From: Candidatus Limnocylindrales bacterium
Lineage (GTDB): Bacteria > Chloroflexota > Limnocylindria > Limnocylindrales > CSP1-4
Assembly (NCBI GenBank): GCA_038234575.1
Contig: JBBQTO010000002.1
Location: forward strand, 1-51,860
DNA length: 51,860 nt
Reading direction: 5' to 3'
Shown here: piece after piece, positions 20,301-29,148 of the stretch
Position numbering within the stretch: the first letter of the stretch is position 1
How the letters are laid out: every line of letters starts with the position of its first letter
Notes under the pieces: model-generated
The model's input: only the letters and a program-made list of their open reading frames with translations
Database searches by the model: none
What the model was told of the DNA's origin: nothing
Program-made: the position numbers and the translations under genes

Positions 20301-21316
20301 CCGAGGGCCTCGGCGATTCGCGCGGGTACGCGCTCGCGGGCAGTCCTCGCCGCGACCTCACAGGCGAAGCCGATCATCCGCCGCTTTGCCCGGCCGTGGG
20401 TGATGATCACCGCGCCCTTGACCCCGAGGAGCGGTGAGCCGCCGGCCTGCTCGTAGTCGAAGACGGTCCGAATGCGCCCGATGCCGGGTCGCATGAGCAG
20501 GTACGCGAGGCGGCCCGTGAGCGAGCGCCGGAACTCTTCGCGCCACAGGTCGAAGATGAACGTCGAGAGCCCCTCGAAGAACTTGATGACGATGTTGCCC
20601 GCGACGGCGTCGGTCACGACGACGTCGGCCATGTCGGCCACGAGGTCCTTGCCCTCGACGTTGCCGACGAAGTTCAGCCCGGATGCGTCGAGGAGCTCGG
20701 TCGCCTGTTGGATGCGCAGATCGCCCTTGCCCTTCTCCTCGCCGATCGAGAGGAGGGCCACCCGGGGATTGGCGATCCCCAGGACGTGCTCCGCGAAGAT
20801 CGAGCCCATGCGGGCGTACTGAGCGAGGTTCTCGGGGGTCGAATCGGGATTCGCGCCGATGTCGAGCAGCACGAACGGCGTGCCCTGGCGAACCATCTGG
20901 ACCGCGAGGGCCGGGCGATCGACGCCGGCGACACGCCCGATCCGGAGCACCGCCGCGGCCATCCCCGCGCCGGTGTGGCCCGCGGTCACGATCGCATCCG
21001 CCTCGCCATGACGAACGAGATCGCAGGCGACGAGGATCGAGGCGTCCTTCTTCTCGCGCAGGGCCATTGCCGGGTGCTCGTCCATCTCGATGACCTGGGA
21101 CGCGGCCACGATCGAGACGTTCGGCGGCAGCGACGGGGCGATCGAGCGGAGGCGCGACTCAAGCCCGACCAGGATCACCCGGTCCTCGGGATGAGCGCGC
21201 GCATGGGCCAGGGCGCCCGGGACGACCTCCTCGGGTCCGTGGTCACCGCCCATCGCATCGACCGCAAGACGCACACCGGTCGCGGTCATCGGAATCGAGG
21301 CCGCAGGCTCAGTCAT
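20297..21316 (-). CDS. plsX: phosphate acyltransferase PlsX
   Basis: LAVDAMGGDHGPEEVVPGA, TAGHTGA and GVKGAVIITHG motifs. Confidence 0.92.
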   Translation of the reverse strand: MTEPAASIPMTATGVRLAVDAMGGDHGPEEVVPGALAHARAHPEDRVILVGLESRLRSIAPSLPPNVSIVAASQVIEMDEHPAMALREKKDASILVACDLVRHGEADAIVTAGHTGAGMAAAVLRIGRVAGVDRPALAVQMVRQGTPFVLLDIGANPDSTPENLAQYARMGSIFAEHVLGIANPRVALLSIGEEKGKGDLRIQQATELLDASGLNFVGNVEGKDLVADMADVVVTDAVAGNIVIKFFEGLSTFIFDLWREEFRRSLTGRLAYLLMRPGIGRIRTVFDYEQAGGSPLLGVKGAVIITHGRAKRRMIGFACEVAARTARERVPARIAEALG

Positions 21317-21350
21317 GGCGATTCACGGTAGCGCCGTCGGCGCGAGGCGA

Positions 21351-21554
21351 TCAGGTGGACGGAGTGTCGTCCTTGCCCTGCTTGAGCTCGAGCACCGGCC
21401 GGCCACCGTAGTACCCGCAGTTCAGGCAGGCGCGATGCGATCGCTTCGGCTGGTGGCAGTGCGGGCACTCCTCGAGCTGGGGCAGCGTCAGCGCGAGATG
21501 GGCGCGCCGATCTCCCTGTCGTGCGTGGGAGACCTTGCGCTTCGGCACACCCAT
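21351..21554 (-). CDS. rpmF: 50S ribosomal protein L32
   Basis: MGVPKRKVSHARQGDRRAH...CPHCHQPKRSHRACLNCGYY, including the zinc-ribbon form. Confidence 0.93.
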   Translation of the reverse strand: MGVPKRKVSHARQGDRRAHLALTLPQLEECPHCHQPKRSHRACLNCGYYGGRPVLELKQGKDDTPST

Positions 21555-21677
21555 GGATTCGTGAGGCTCCTTTCGATGCCCGTGCGCCGGTCGGCGGACG
21601 GGCCGCGCACGCGGGCGCCGCAGAGTTGCAGATTCGGGACGGCCAGCTGCGGGAAGCGACGGGCCGGAGGGCGGAGT

Positions 21678-22235
21678 TTACTCGCTCCCGGTTTCGCCGT
21701 CGACCCGGAACGCCCGGAGGGCCTCGAGCCGCGGATCGACGGCTTCCTCGTCATGGCCCGGGTGGCCCGGGCCGAGCCGCTCGCCGCACGTGACGCAGAG
21801 GCCTGGGCAGCGCGCCTCGCACAGCGGCGCGATGGGCTCCGCGAGCGAGATCGCCTCCGCGACGATGGGGGCGAGCACGAGCTCGTGATGATCCGTCAGG
21901 CGCGCCACATCGGGTTCGCTGGAGCGCTCCAACCGGGCGCCGCTGGTGACGTCCAGGCTGGGCAGCACCTCCTCGTCTAAGCTCACATGGATCGGCACCA
22001 CGATGTCCTTCAGGCACCGGGAACAGTTCGCCTCGATCGCCGTATCGAGCTCCGCTTGGATGACGACGCCCCGATTCGTCCGGTCGACCTCGAGCCGGCC
22101 CTCGATCGGGTCCGCGAGCCGCAGGTCGTCGGGCAGCGGGATCGTGACCCCATGGATCTCGTAGCTCGCCGCCGTGCCGGGCGGCTCCGCCAGCAGACTC
22201 GCCAGCGGGAACGTGAGCGGGACCACGACGGTCAC
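21678..22235 (-). CDS. yceD: YceD/DUF177 family ribosome-maturation-associated protein
   Basis: 185 aa. Acidic, with C-terminal CxxxCxGLCxxCG (CEARCPGLCVTCG). Conserved position upstream of rpmF. The GTG start overlaps the upstream ORF's stop. Confidence 0.85.
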   Translation of the reverse strand: MTVVVPLTFPLASLLAEPPGTAASYEIHGVTIPLPDDLRLADPIEGRLEVDRTNRGVVIQAELDTAIEANCSRCLKDIVVPIHVSLDEEVLPSLDVTSGARLERSSEPDVARLTDHHELVLAPIVAEAISLAEPIAPLCEARCPGLCVTCGERLGPGHPGHDEEAVDPRLEALRAFRVDGETGSE

Positions 22236-22792
22236 CGCAGCGAGGGCGACCGGCTGCCTGCGTCCTCGTCTTCGGTCACCCGGACCTCGGCGTCCGGCAG
22301 CGTGGCTTCGCGCTCAGCTTCCGGTGCCGGCTCCTGGAGCTCGGCCCGCCGCTCCTCGAGGACGTCCATGCCCTTGCGAATGCCGGCGAGGGCCGTGGCC
22401 GCCTCTTCCTCGAGCGTCCCGAGGATCTTCGCGGCGTAGTCGTCGGCGCCGCGGCGGATGCCGTCTCCGACGTCCTCGGCCTGCTCGACGATCCGGCGAC
22501 CCTCGGCCTGGGCCGTTTCGGTGAGGCCTCGCTCGCCGATGAGGAACGCCGCCTGCTCCTGCGCCCGGCTGACGATGCGCGTCGATTCGTCGTGCGCCTT
22601 CTCGAGGATCCGCTCGCCCTCCGCGTTGATCCGTTTGGCCGCCCGGACCTCCTCCGGGATCGCGACCCGAAGCTGATCGATCAGGTCGAGGATCGCGTCG
22701 CGGTCGACGAGGACCTTGTGGGTCGCGGGCAGCCCCGTTCCCGTCGCGATCTGCGACTCGAGCCGTTCAAGCAGGAAGATGATGTCCGTCAG
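22232..22792 (-). CDS. coiled-coil protein, SepIVA(Rv2927c)/DivIVA-like; no canonical start codon (CTG 22792 or ATC 22783 proposed)
   Basis: Not in the ORF track. The frame is open from 22825 to TGA 22234..22232. About nine in ten codons end in G/C (hand count). Translation: LTDIIFLLERLESQIATGTGLPATHKVLVDRDAILDLIDQLRVAIPEEVRAAKRINAEGERILEKAHDESTRIVSRAQEQAAFLIGERGL... GAGG precedes the CTG, and TGCCATAAT lies upstream. Confidence 0.65.
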   Translation of the reverse strand: MTDIIFLLERLESQIATGTGLPATHKVLVDRDAILDLIDQLRVAIPEEVRAAKRINAEGERILEKAHDESTRIVSRAQEQAAFLIGERGLTETAQAEGRRIVEQAEDVGDGIRRGADDYAAKILGTLEEEAATALAGIRKGMDVLEERRAELQEPAPEAEREATLPDAEVRVTEDEDAGSRSPSLR

Positions 22793-22824
22793 AGGCCTCG
22801 GCTGGTACGGGGCGGGTCGCCCGG

Positions 22825-22833
22825 ATTATGGCA
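22825..22833 (-). promoter_or_regulatory. candidate extended -10 promoter (TGC-CATAAT) for the coiled-coil ORF/yceD/rpmF/plsX
   Basis: Lies just downstream of the coaD stop, ~30 nt upstream of the proposed CTG start. Confidence 0.4.
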
Positions 22834-22845
22834 CGCGTCGGGCGG

Positions 22846-23340
22846 TCACTGAGCCTGGCGGTGCGTCGCGAGGGCGTGCAGGGCCGCATCCGGAACCATC
22901 GACGAGATGTCGCCGCCGAAGCTCGCGATCTCCTTGACAAGCGATGAGCTCACGTAGCCGTGCTCGACGGCGGTCATGAAGAACACCGTGTCGATATCGG
23001 GGGCGAGCTTGCGGTTGTTGTGCGCCAGCTGCATCTCGGTTTCGAAGTCGGAGATGGCCCGAAGGCCGCGGATGATCGAGCCGGCGCCATGCGCCTTCAC
23101 GGCATCCACGGTGAGCCCGTCGAACGTGACGACGTCGACCCGATCGTCGGGGATATCGGCAGCCGCGAGTGACGCCCGCAGGACCTCGACGCGCGTCGCG
23201 GCAGGCAGCAACGGCGACTTCCGAGGGTTCGCCAGGACGCCCACGACCACCCGATCGAAGACCGCCAGCGCCCGCCGGATGACGTCGACATGACCGTTCG
23301 TCACGGGGTCGAACGAGCCCGGATACAGCGCGATCTTCAT
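22846..23340 (-). CDS. coaD: phosphopantetheine adenylyltransferase
   Basis: MKIALYPGSFDPVTNGHVDVIRRA...ISDFETEMQLAHNN...SSSLVKEI. Confidence 0.93.
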   Translation of the reverse strand: MKIALYPGSFDPVTNGHVDVIRRALAVFDRVVVGVLANPRKSPLLPAATRVEVLRASLAAADIPDDRVDVVTFDGLTVDAVKAHGAGSIIRGLRAISDFETEMQLAHNNRKLAPDIDTVFFMTAVEHGYVSSSLVKEIASFGGDISSMVPDAALHALATHRQAQ

Positions 23341-23933
23341 CCGGCCTCCCAGTGGTGGAACGTCAGGCCGGTCTCCCCGAACCGGCGCTCCCGCACGGAT
23401 GCTAGCAGCCCGATCGAGGCCGGCGGCCCGGCCCGCCAGAAGTGCTTCGAGACCACGACGCCGCCGGCGGCGAGGATGCCGCCGGGGCCGGCGGCGGCGA
23501 TCGCCGTGAGCGCGTCGACGAGCAGCGCCGGCTCGTCGTACGGCGGGTCCATGACGATGACGCCGAATGGCCCGCCGGCGGTGCCCGAACGGGCGAGCCA
23601 GGCCATCGCCTCGCCGGGTACGACCTCGGCGGCCGGACCGGCGAGGCGGGCTGCCGCGAGGTTGCGCTCGATGGTGTCGATTGCCCGGGGGTTCCGCTCT
23701 ACGAAGGTTGCCCGGGCCGCCCCGCGTGACAGGGCCTCGACGCCGGCCGCGCCGCTGCCCGCGAACAGGTCAAGGAACGAGGCTCCGGAAAGCTCGGGCT
23801 CGAGGATCGCGAAGAGCGTCTGCTTGACTCGATCGCCGAACGGCCGAACCCCGCTCGCGGGAGAAATGAGCCGCGTGCCCCGGGCGATACCCGCGATCAC
23901 GCGGCCCGCCGTCCCGGTCCCGGTCTCGCTCAC
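23337..23933 (-). CDS. rsmD: 16S rRNA (guanine966-N2)-methyltransferase RsmD
   Basis: GRVIAGIARGTRL...FLDLFAGSGAAGVEALSRGA...VIVMDPPYD. Start set to GTG 23933..23931, which overlaps the recG stop (GTGA). The track ORF is 79 codons longer. Confidence 0.88.
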   Translation of the reverse strand: MSETGTGTAGRVIAGIARGTRLISPASGVRPFGDRVKQTLFAILEPELSGASFLDLFAGSGAAGVEALSRGAARATFVERNPRAIDTIERNLAAARLAGPAAEVVPGEAMAWLARSGTAGGPFGVIVMDPPYDEPALLVDALTAIAAAGPGGILAAGGVVVSKHFWRAGPPASIGLLASVRERRFGETGLTFHHWEAG

Positions 23934-26182
23934 GCGGCGCCCGCGGGTTCGGCCGACGCGACGCGCGCGAGCCAGCCCGTGGCCATCTCCTGCCGGAGTG
24001 GCTCGTAGCCCGGCTTGAGTCGGCCCTCGGCATCGAGGAGCAGCTCGGCGGCACGGCGCGCTGCGACCGCGAGATCGCGATGCTCGTCGCGCTGGAGCGA
24101 CGCGACCCGCAGCCGCGGCAGGCCGCTCTGGACAAGGCCGAGCACGTCGCCCTCGCGGCGGAGCTCCCAATCCCGCTCCGCGAGCTCGAAGCCGTCATTG
24201 AGGTCGCGGACCGCGGCGAGGCGCGCCTGGGCCGTCTCATCGGTGGAGTCGGAGACGAGCACGCAGAACGACTCGACCGTTCCGCGACCGACCCGCCCCC
24301 GGAGCTGGTGCAACTGCGCAAGCCCGAACCGGTCGGCGCTCTCGACGACCATCATCGTCGCCTCCGGAACGTCGACCCCGACCTCGACGACCGTGGTCCC
24401 GACGAGGACCTGGATCTCGCCGTCGCGGAATCGCGCCATCTCCGCGTCGCGGTCCGCAGGCCGGAGCCGCCCGTGGACGAGCCCGACCCGCAGCGGCGCC
24501 AGAAGTGCGCCGAGGCGAACGGCCTCGGCCTCCGCCGCAATGGCTGCCGAAGCGACGATCGCCTCATCGTCCGGCTCGCCATCCGCGTCCGTGGCGTCCT
24601 CCGGGCTGATCAGCGGAACGACGACGAACGTCCGGTGGCCGCGCTCGGCCTCCTCGCCAACGAATGCCCAGACTCGGTCGAGCTCGGCGGGCGTCCGAAT
24701 CGCGGTTCGGATCGGAACACGGCCCGCCGGCGGCGTGCGGAGGTCCGTGACATCGAGGTCCGCGTACAGGACCTGCCCGAGCGTCCGTGGGATCGGCGTC
24801 GCCGTCATCAGCAGGACGTGCGGCACTCGGCCCGCGGCCTTGGCCTCGAGTGCGGCACGCTGGTCGACGCCGAATCGATGCTGCTCGTCGATCACGACGA
24901 GCCCGAGGTCGGCGAAGGCGACGGATTCGGAGATGAGGGCGTGGGTCCCGACGACGATCGGGGCCATGCCGCTCGCGACGAGGTCCCGGACGCGATTGGC
25001 CTCGGCCGCCTTCAGCGATCCGGTGAGCAGCTCCACCGGGCGCCCGAGAGGCTCGAGGAGCTCGCCCAGTGTCCGCTGGTGCTGCCGCGCGAGCAGGTCG
25101 GTCGGTGCCAGGAGGGCTCCCTGGCGGCCGGCGGCGGCAATCGCGGCGAGGACCCACGCCGCAACGGCCGTCTTGCCGGACCCGACGTCGCCCTGGAGGA
25201 GCCGCAGCATCGGCGTGTCCGAGGCGAGATCCGTGCCGATGGCCGCGATCGCCCGGCCCTGATCCTCCGTGAGGTCCACCGGCCGGCCGGTCTTCGTCCG
25301 CAGGCCCGCGACAATCGCCTCCCGGATCCGGCGGTCCTCGGCCGGATCGACCGCGATTGCGACACCGCGCTCGTGGATCCGGCCGCGACGCCGGGAGACC
25401 ATGCCCACCTGGAGCGCGAGGAGCTCGTCGAAGGCGAGCCGATCGAGCGCTGCGTCGCGGCGGGGGAATGTCGTCGGGTAGTGGGCCTCCTCGAGCGCCT
25501 CGCCGATCGGCAGGAGCTCGCGCTCCCGCACGACCTCACGCGGCAGATATTCCGGGTAGGCCTTGCCGGAGCGGTCGATGGCCTCCCGCATCGTCCGCCG
25601 GAGCGTCGCCGCGGTCAGACCCGCGGTGAGGCGATAGACGGGCACGATCCGGCCCGCATGCAGCAGCGGTGAGCCGTCGTCGCGCTGGAACTCCGGGTTG
25701 TCGAGGGTCAGCCGCGAGCCGAACCGGCGCAATTTGCCGCTCACGACGATCGAGTCGCCCGCGTGCAGTCGGCGCTCGATGAACCGCCGTCCAAACCACG
25801 TGGCGGCAATCGTGCCCGTCTCGTCCTCGAGGACCGCGACCGTGCGCTGGATCCGGCGCCGGAAGGTTGGCTCGACGCGCAGGTCGGCGACCCGCACATG
25901 AGCCGCGACGACCTCGCCATCGGGGGTCCAGGTCAGGTCCCCGATCCGCCGCATCTCGCGGAGGTCGTCGTACCGACGCGGCAGGTGGAACAGCAGATCG
26001 CGGACAGTCGTGATCCCGAGGCGGCGGCCGGCCCGGCCCACGGTCGGCGCGCCCGGCAATCCCGAGCGAGCCACCTCGGCGTCGAGGAGCGCGACGGGAT
26101 CGAGGGGAGCCTTCGGGGCCGCCGCGGCGCGCGGGGTGCGCGGCGCGGCTGTCGATCGGCGGCGGCTGGGTCGGTCGGCCAC
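23930..26182 (-). CDS. recG: ATP-dependent DNA helicase RecG
   Basis: 750 aa. LLQGDVGSGKTAVA (Walker A), VVIDEQHRFG (DEQH) and LMTATPIPRTL motifs, with wedge and helicase domains. Confidence 0.92.
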   Translation of the reverse strand: MADRPSRRRSTAAPRTPRAAAAPKAPLDPVALLDAEVARSGLPGAPTVGRAGRRLGITTVRDLLFHLPRRYDDLREMRRIGDLTWTPDGEVVAAHVRVADLRVEPTFRRRIQRTVAVLEDETGTIAATWFGRRFIERRLHAGDSIVVSGKLRRFGSRLTLDNPEFQRDDGSPLLHAGRIVPVYRLTAGLTAATLRRTMREAIDRSGKAYPEYLPREVVRERELLPIGEALEEAHYPTTFPRRDAALDRLAFDELLALQVGMVSRRRGRIHERGVAIAVDPAEDRRIREAIVAGLRTKTGRPVDLTEDQGRAIAAIGTDLASDTPMLRLLQGDVGSGKTAVAAWVLAAIAAAGRQGALLAPTDLLARQHQRTLGELLEPLGRPVELLTGSLKAAEANRVRDLVASGMAPIVVGTHALISESVAFADLGLVVIDEQHRFGVDQRAALEAKAAGRVPHVLLMTATPIPRTLGQVLYADLDVTDLRTPPAGRVPIRTAIRTPAELDRVWAFVGEEAERGHRTFVVVPLISPEDATDADGEPDDEAIVASAAIAAEAEAVRLGALLAPLRVGLVHGRLRPADRDAEMARFRDGEIQVLVGTTVVEVGVDVPEATMMVVESADRFGLAQLHQLRGRVGRGTVESFCVLVSDSTDETAQARLAAVRDLNDGFELAERDWELRREGDVLGLVQSGLPRLRVASLQRDEHRDLAVAARRAAELLLDAEGRLKPGYEPLRQEMATGWLARVASAEPAGAA

Positions 26183-26185
26183 TCC

Positions 26186-27925
26186 CTACTCGGCGGAGAC
26201 GAGGTAGCGATAGTGCGGCTGCCCGCCGTGGACGACCTCGATCTCCGCTCCTGTCCCGAGCTCGTGGATCTTCCCTGCGAGGCGTTCCGTGCCGGCCAGG
26301 TCCGCGCCCGCGCCGTAGTAGAGCGTGATGAGCTCGAAGCCACGCTTCAGCGACCGGATCGCCGCCACGACCGCGGCCGTTGGGTCGTCGTCGACGGCGA
26401 CGAGCCCGTCGTCGGGATCGAGCGCGATCGTCTGGCCCTTCTTGACCTTGCGACCGCCGATGGTCGCCTCGCGAACCGCCTCCGTCACCGAGAGCGATTG
26501 GATCGCCCGTCCGGCGGCCGTCATCTCGGTCGCGTTGTCGGCCGCGTTCTTCGTGGGATCAAGAGCGAGCAGGGCCGCCAGCCCCTCCGCGGCGTTGCGT
26601 GTGCCGACGACCGAGACGGGCCGATCCGCCAGCGCCGCCACCTGGCGCGCCGCGAGGACGACATTCGGGTTGTTCGGCAGCACGAGGACCTCGCGGGCGT
26701 GGACCGAGCGAACCGCCTCCAGCAGCTCGCCGGTGCTCGGATTCGCCGATTGGCCACCGAGCACGACCCGACTCACCCCGAAGTTGCGAAAGATCGCCGC
26801 CAGGCCCTCGCCAGCGGCGACCGCCACGACGGCGAGATCGGCCAGCTCGGCGGGCTCGATCGCGGGGCCCATGCCGTTGCCGTCGTGGCCCGCAGGCAGG
26901 CTTGCGGCGGCGGTCGCAAATGCCGCGGCCTTCGTCTCGCGGACGTCGGTGGCCTGCTGGTCCAGGTTCTCGACGCTGATCATCGAGAGCGGGCCCAGCC
27001 CGAGCGCATAGCCCAGGACCAGGTCGGGCCGCTCGTTGTGGACGTGCACCTTGACGGCCATCCCATCGCCCGCGACGAGCACCGATTCGCCGATGGCGTC
27101 GAGGTGAGCCCGGATCGCCTCGACGTCGAGCGGCTGTCCGGGCCGCGCCCGGGCCAGGAACATCGTCTCGAACCCGAATGCCCCGCCCCCCTCGAGGTCG
27201 GGATTGGTCGCGGCCGGGACCGACAGTCGGCTCGGAGGCCGTCCGCTCGGGGCGGGGCCCGCAACCGCGGTGCGGGCAGGGACGGCCGTCAGCCGCTCGG
27301 CGAGCCGGCCTTCGACGAACCGCTCCGCGCCCTCGAAGAGGCGCAGGAGTCCCTGGCCCCCGGAGTCGACCACGCCGGCGTCCTTCAGGATCTGGAGCAG
27401 GGATGGCGTCTTCGCGACGGCGCGCTCGGCTGCGACCACGGTGGCCTTCAGGACCGCGACGAGGTCGGGTTCCTGCTCCGCCGTCCTCACCGCTGCCGCG
27501 GACGCCTCGCGGATGACCGTGAGGATCGTCCCCTCGACGGGCTTGGCCACCGCACCGTAGGCCGCCTTGGTCCCGAGGTCGAGGGCATTCGCGAGGTCGA
27601 GCGTGTTGAAGCGGGCCTTCCCGCCCAGCCCTTCCGAGATCCCGCGCAGGATCTGGCTCGTGATGACCCCGGAGTTGCCGCGGGCGCCCATGAGGGCACC
27701 GAAGGCCGCGGCGGCAGCGACGCGTTCCGCCGTCGCATCCGGGCCTAGGATCTCCGCCTCGGCCAGCGCCGCCCGGACCGTGGCGAGCATGTTCGAGCCG
27801 GTGTCGCCGTCCGGGACCGGGAAGACGTTCAGCGCGTTGATCTCGTCGACGTTGGCCTCGAGGTTGGCGACGGCCGCCCGGAACGCGCCGAGGAGGCCGG
27901 CCCCGTTGCACGCCCGACGGACCAT
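26186..27925 (-). CDS. DAK2-domain fusion protein (YloV family)
   Basis: 579 aa. LNVFPVPDGDTGSNM and GARGNSGVI (Dak2 phosphatase-like), plus a C-terminal DegV/FakA-like half. Conserved yloU-yloV-recG order. Confidence 0.88.
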   Translation of the reverse strand: MVRRACNGAGLLGAFRAAVANLEANVDEINALNVFPVPDGDTGSNMLATVRAALAEAEILGPDATAERVAAAAAFGALMGARGNSGVITSQILRGISEGLGGKARFNTLDLANALDLGTKAAYGAVAKPVEGTILTVIREASAAAVRTAEQEPDLVAVLKATVVAAERAVAKTPSLLQILKDAGVVDSGGQGLLRLFEGAERFVEGRLAERLTAVPARTAVAGPAPSGRPPSRLSVPAATNPDLEGGGAFGFETMFLARARPGQPLDVEAIRAHLDAIGESVLVAGDGMAVKVHVHNERPDLVLGYALGLGPLSMISVENLDQQATDVRETKAAAFATAAASLPAGHDGNGMGPAIEPAELADLAVVAVAAGEGLAAIFRNFGVSRVVLGGQSANPSTGELLEAVRSVHAREVLVLPNNPNVVLAARQVAALADRPVSVVGTRNAAEGLAALLALDPTKNAADNATEMTAAGRAIQSLSVTEAVREATIGGRKVKKGQTIALDPDDGLVAVDDDPTAAVVAAIRSLKRGFELITLYYGAGADLAGTERLAGKIHELGTGAEIEVVHGGQPHYRYLVSAE

Positions 27926-28353
27926 CAGGCGACGTCCGAGCCGCTGTCCGCGAGGTCCGTAGGACCGACTCCACCGGTCGGCGGCGACTTCGGCGCCCTT
28001 GGCGGCTCCCCGCCGGGATGGGGGTCGAGGCCGGCGATCCGAATCGTCAGACGGTCGACCTCGCGATCCAGGGCACGACGAATCGCGTAACGGATCGCGG
28101 AATCGACCTGTCGTGCCACCTCGGCGATCGGGAGGCCCTTCGCGACCCGGAGGCGCAACCCGATCTCGATCGAACCACCACGGAGCGAGACACGCAGGCC
28201 GGCCGGCCGGCGCTCGATCGCGCCCGGGATGCCGTCGGCCAGGTCGCCGGCGAAGCCCGCCACGCCATACGAGCCCAGCGTCACGCTGCGAACGATGTCG
28301 ATAACGGCCCGGCGCGTGACGAGCGCCCGTCCGGGGGTGGATACGTCGGGCAA
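27925..28353 (-). CDS. Asp23/Gls24 family protein (YloU-like)
   Basis: 142 aa, TTG start with GAGGGAG Shine-Dalgarno. AVIDIVRSVTLGSYGVAGF... and ...IGLRLRVAKGLPIAEVARQVDSAIRYAI. Confidence 0.85.
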   Translation of the reverse strand: MPDVSTPGRALVTRRAVIDIVRSVTLGSYGVAGFAGDLADGIPGAIERRPAGLRVSLRGGSIEIGLRLRVAKGLPIAEVARQVDSAIRYAIRRALDREVDRLTIRIAGLDPHPGGEPPRAPKSPPTGGVGPTDLADSGSDVA

Positions 28354-28407
28354 GCTGCTCCCTCGTCAGCTGGCAGCGGGACCGCGTTCGGGAACCGCGC
28401 GGGTGCG

Positions 28408-28417
28408 TGGTATAGTA
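28408..28417. promoter_or_regulatory. symmetric -10 box: TGG-TATAGT (+, rpmB) and TACTAT (-, yloU operon)
   Basis: This is the only A/T-rich element in the 124-nt divergent spacer. It reads as a -10 on both strands. Confidence 0.4.
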
Positions 28418-28477
28418 CCGCCCCGCTGGGCCCGAACCGGCACCGGCGCTTCAGTCGACTCCCCTCCGAGGACCTTC

Positions 28478-28675
28478 ATGGCACGTTCCTGCGCGATCTG
28501 CGGCAAAGCCTCAATGGGTGGCTTCAACCCCCAGTCATCCGGCTCGAACCGGGTGCGCGCGCATCGCCGCATGGAACCGAACCTGCAGCCTCTGACGGTC
28601 GTTCGCAATGGGGTCGCGACGAAGTCCCTCGTCTGCACCCGCTGCCGCCGCACCGAGACGAAGAGCGCTCGCTAG
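28478..28675 (+). CDS. rpmB: 50S ribosomal protein L28
   Basis: MARSCAICGKASMGGFNPQSSGSNRVRAHRRMEPNLQ. ATG 28478 with GAGGA Shine-Dalgarno. The track ORF is extended upstream. Confidence 0.93.
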   Translation: MARSCAICGKASMGGFNPQSSGSNRVRAHRRMEPNLQPLTVVRNGVATKSLVCTRCRRTETKSAR

Positions 28676-29145
28676 GGCCGCTCCCCGACCGGCCGAGGCC
28701 GGTCAGCCGTGTCAAGCCAGATCGTGAACGGCCCGTCGTTGACGAGCGCCACCCGCATCTCGGCCCCGAACCGCCCCAGTTCGACGTCCTGGATGCCGGC
28801 TGCTCGCAGCGCGTCGGCGAACCGCCCGTAGAGGCACTCGGCGAGCTCGGGCGGGCCGGCATCCGTGAACCCCGGCCGACGGCCGCGTGACGTATCCGCG
28901 TAGAGGGTGAACTGGCTCACGACGAGCGCCGAGCCACCGACCTCGACCAGCGACCGATTGGTTCGACCCCCGTCGTCCCGAAAGATCCGGAGCGCCGCAA
29001 CCCGCGCGGCGAGCTCGTCGGCGGTTCGATCGTCGTCACTGCTTGAGACGCCGAACAGCACGAGCAGGCCCGGTCCGATCGCTGCGATCCGTTCGCCGCC
29101 GACGTCGACCGAGGCGCCATCGACCCGCTGGAGGAGCGCCCGCAT
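28672..29145 (-). CDS. dtd: D-aminoacyl-tRNA deacylase
   Basis: MRALLQRV...GPGLLVLFGV...VVSQFTLYADT..GRRPGF...NDGPFTIWLD. Confidence 0.92.
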   Translation of the reverse strand: MRALLQRVDGASVDVGGERIAAIGPGLLVLFGVSSSDDDRTADELAARVAALRIFRDDGGRTNRSLVEVGGSALVVSQFTLYADTSRGRRPGFTDAGPPELAECLYGRFADALRAAGIQDVELGRFGAEMRVALVNDGPFTIWLDTADRPRPVGERP

Positions 29146-29148
29146 CCG

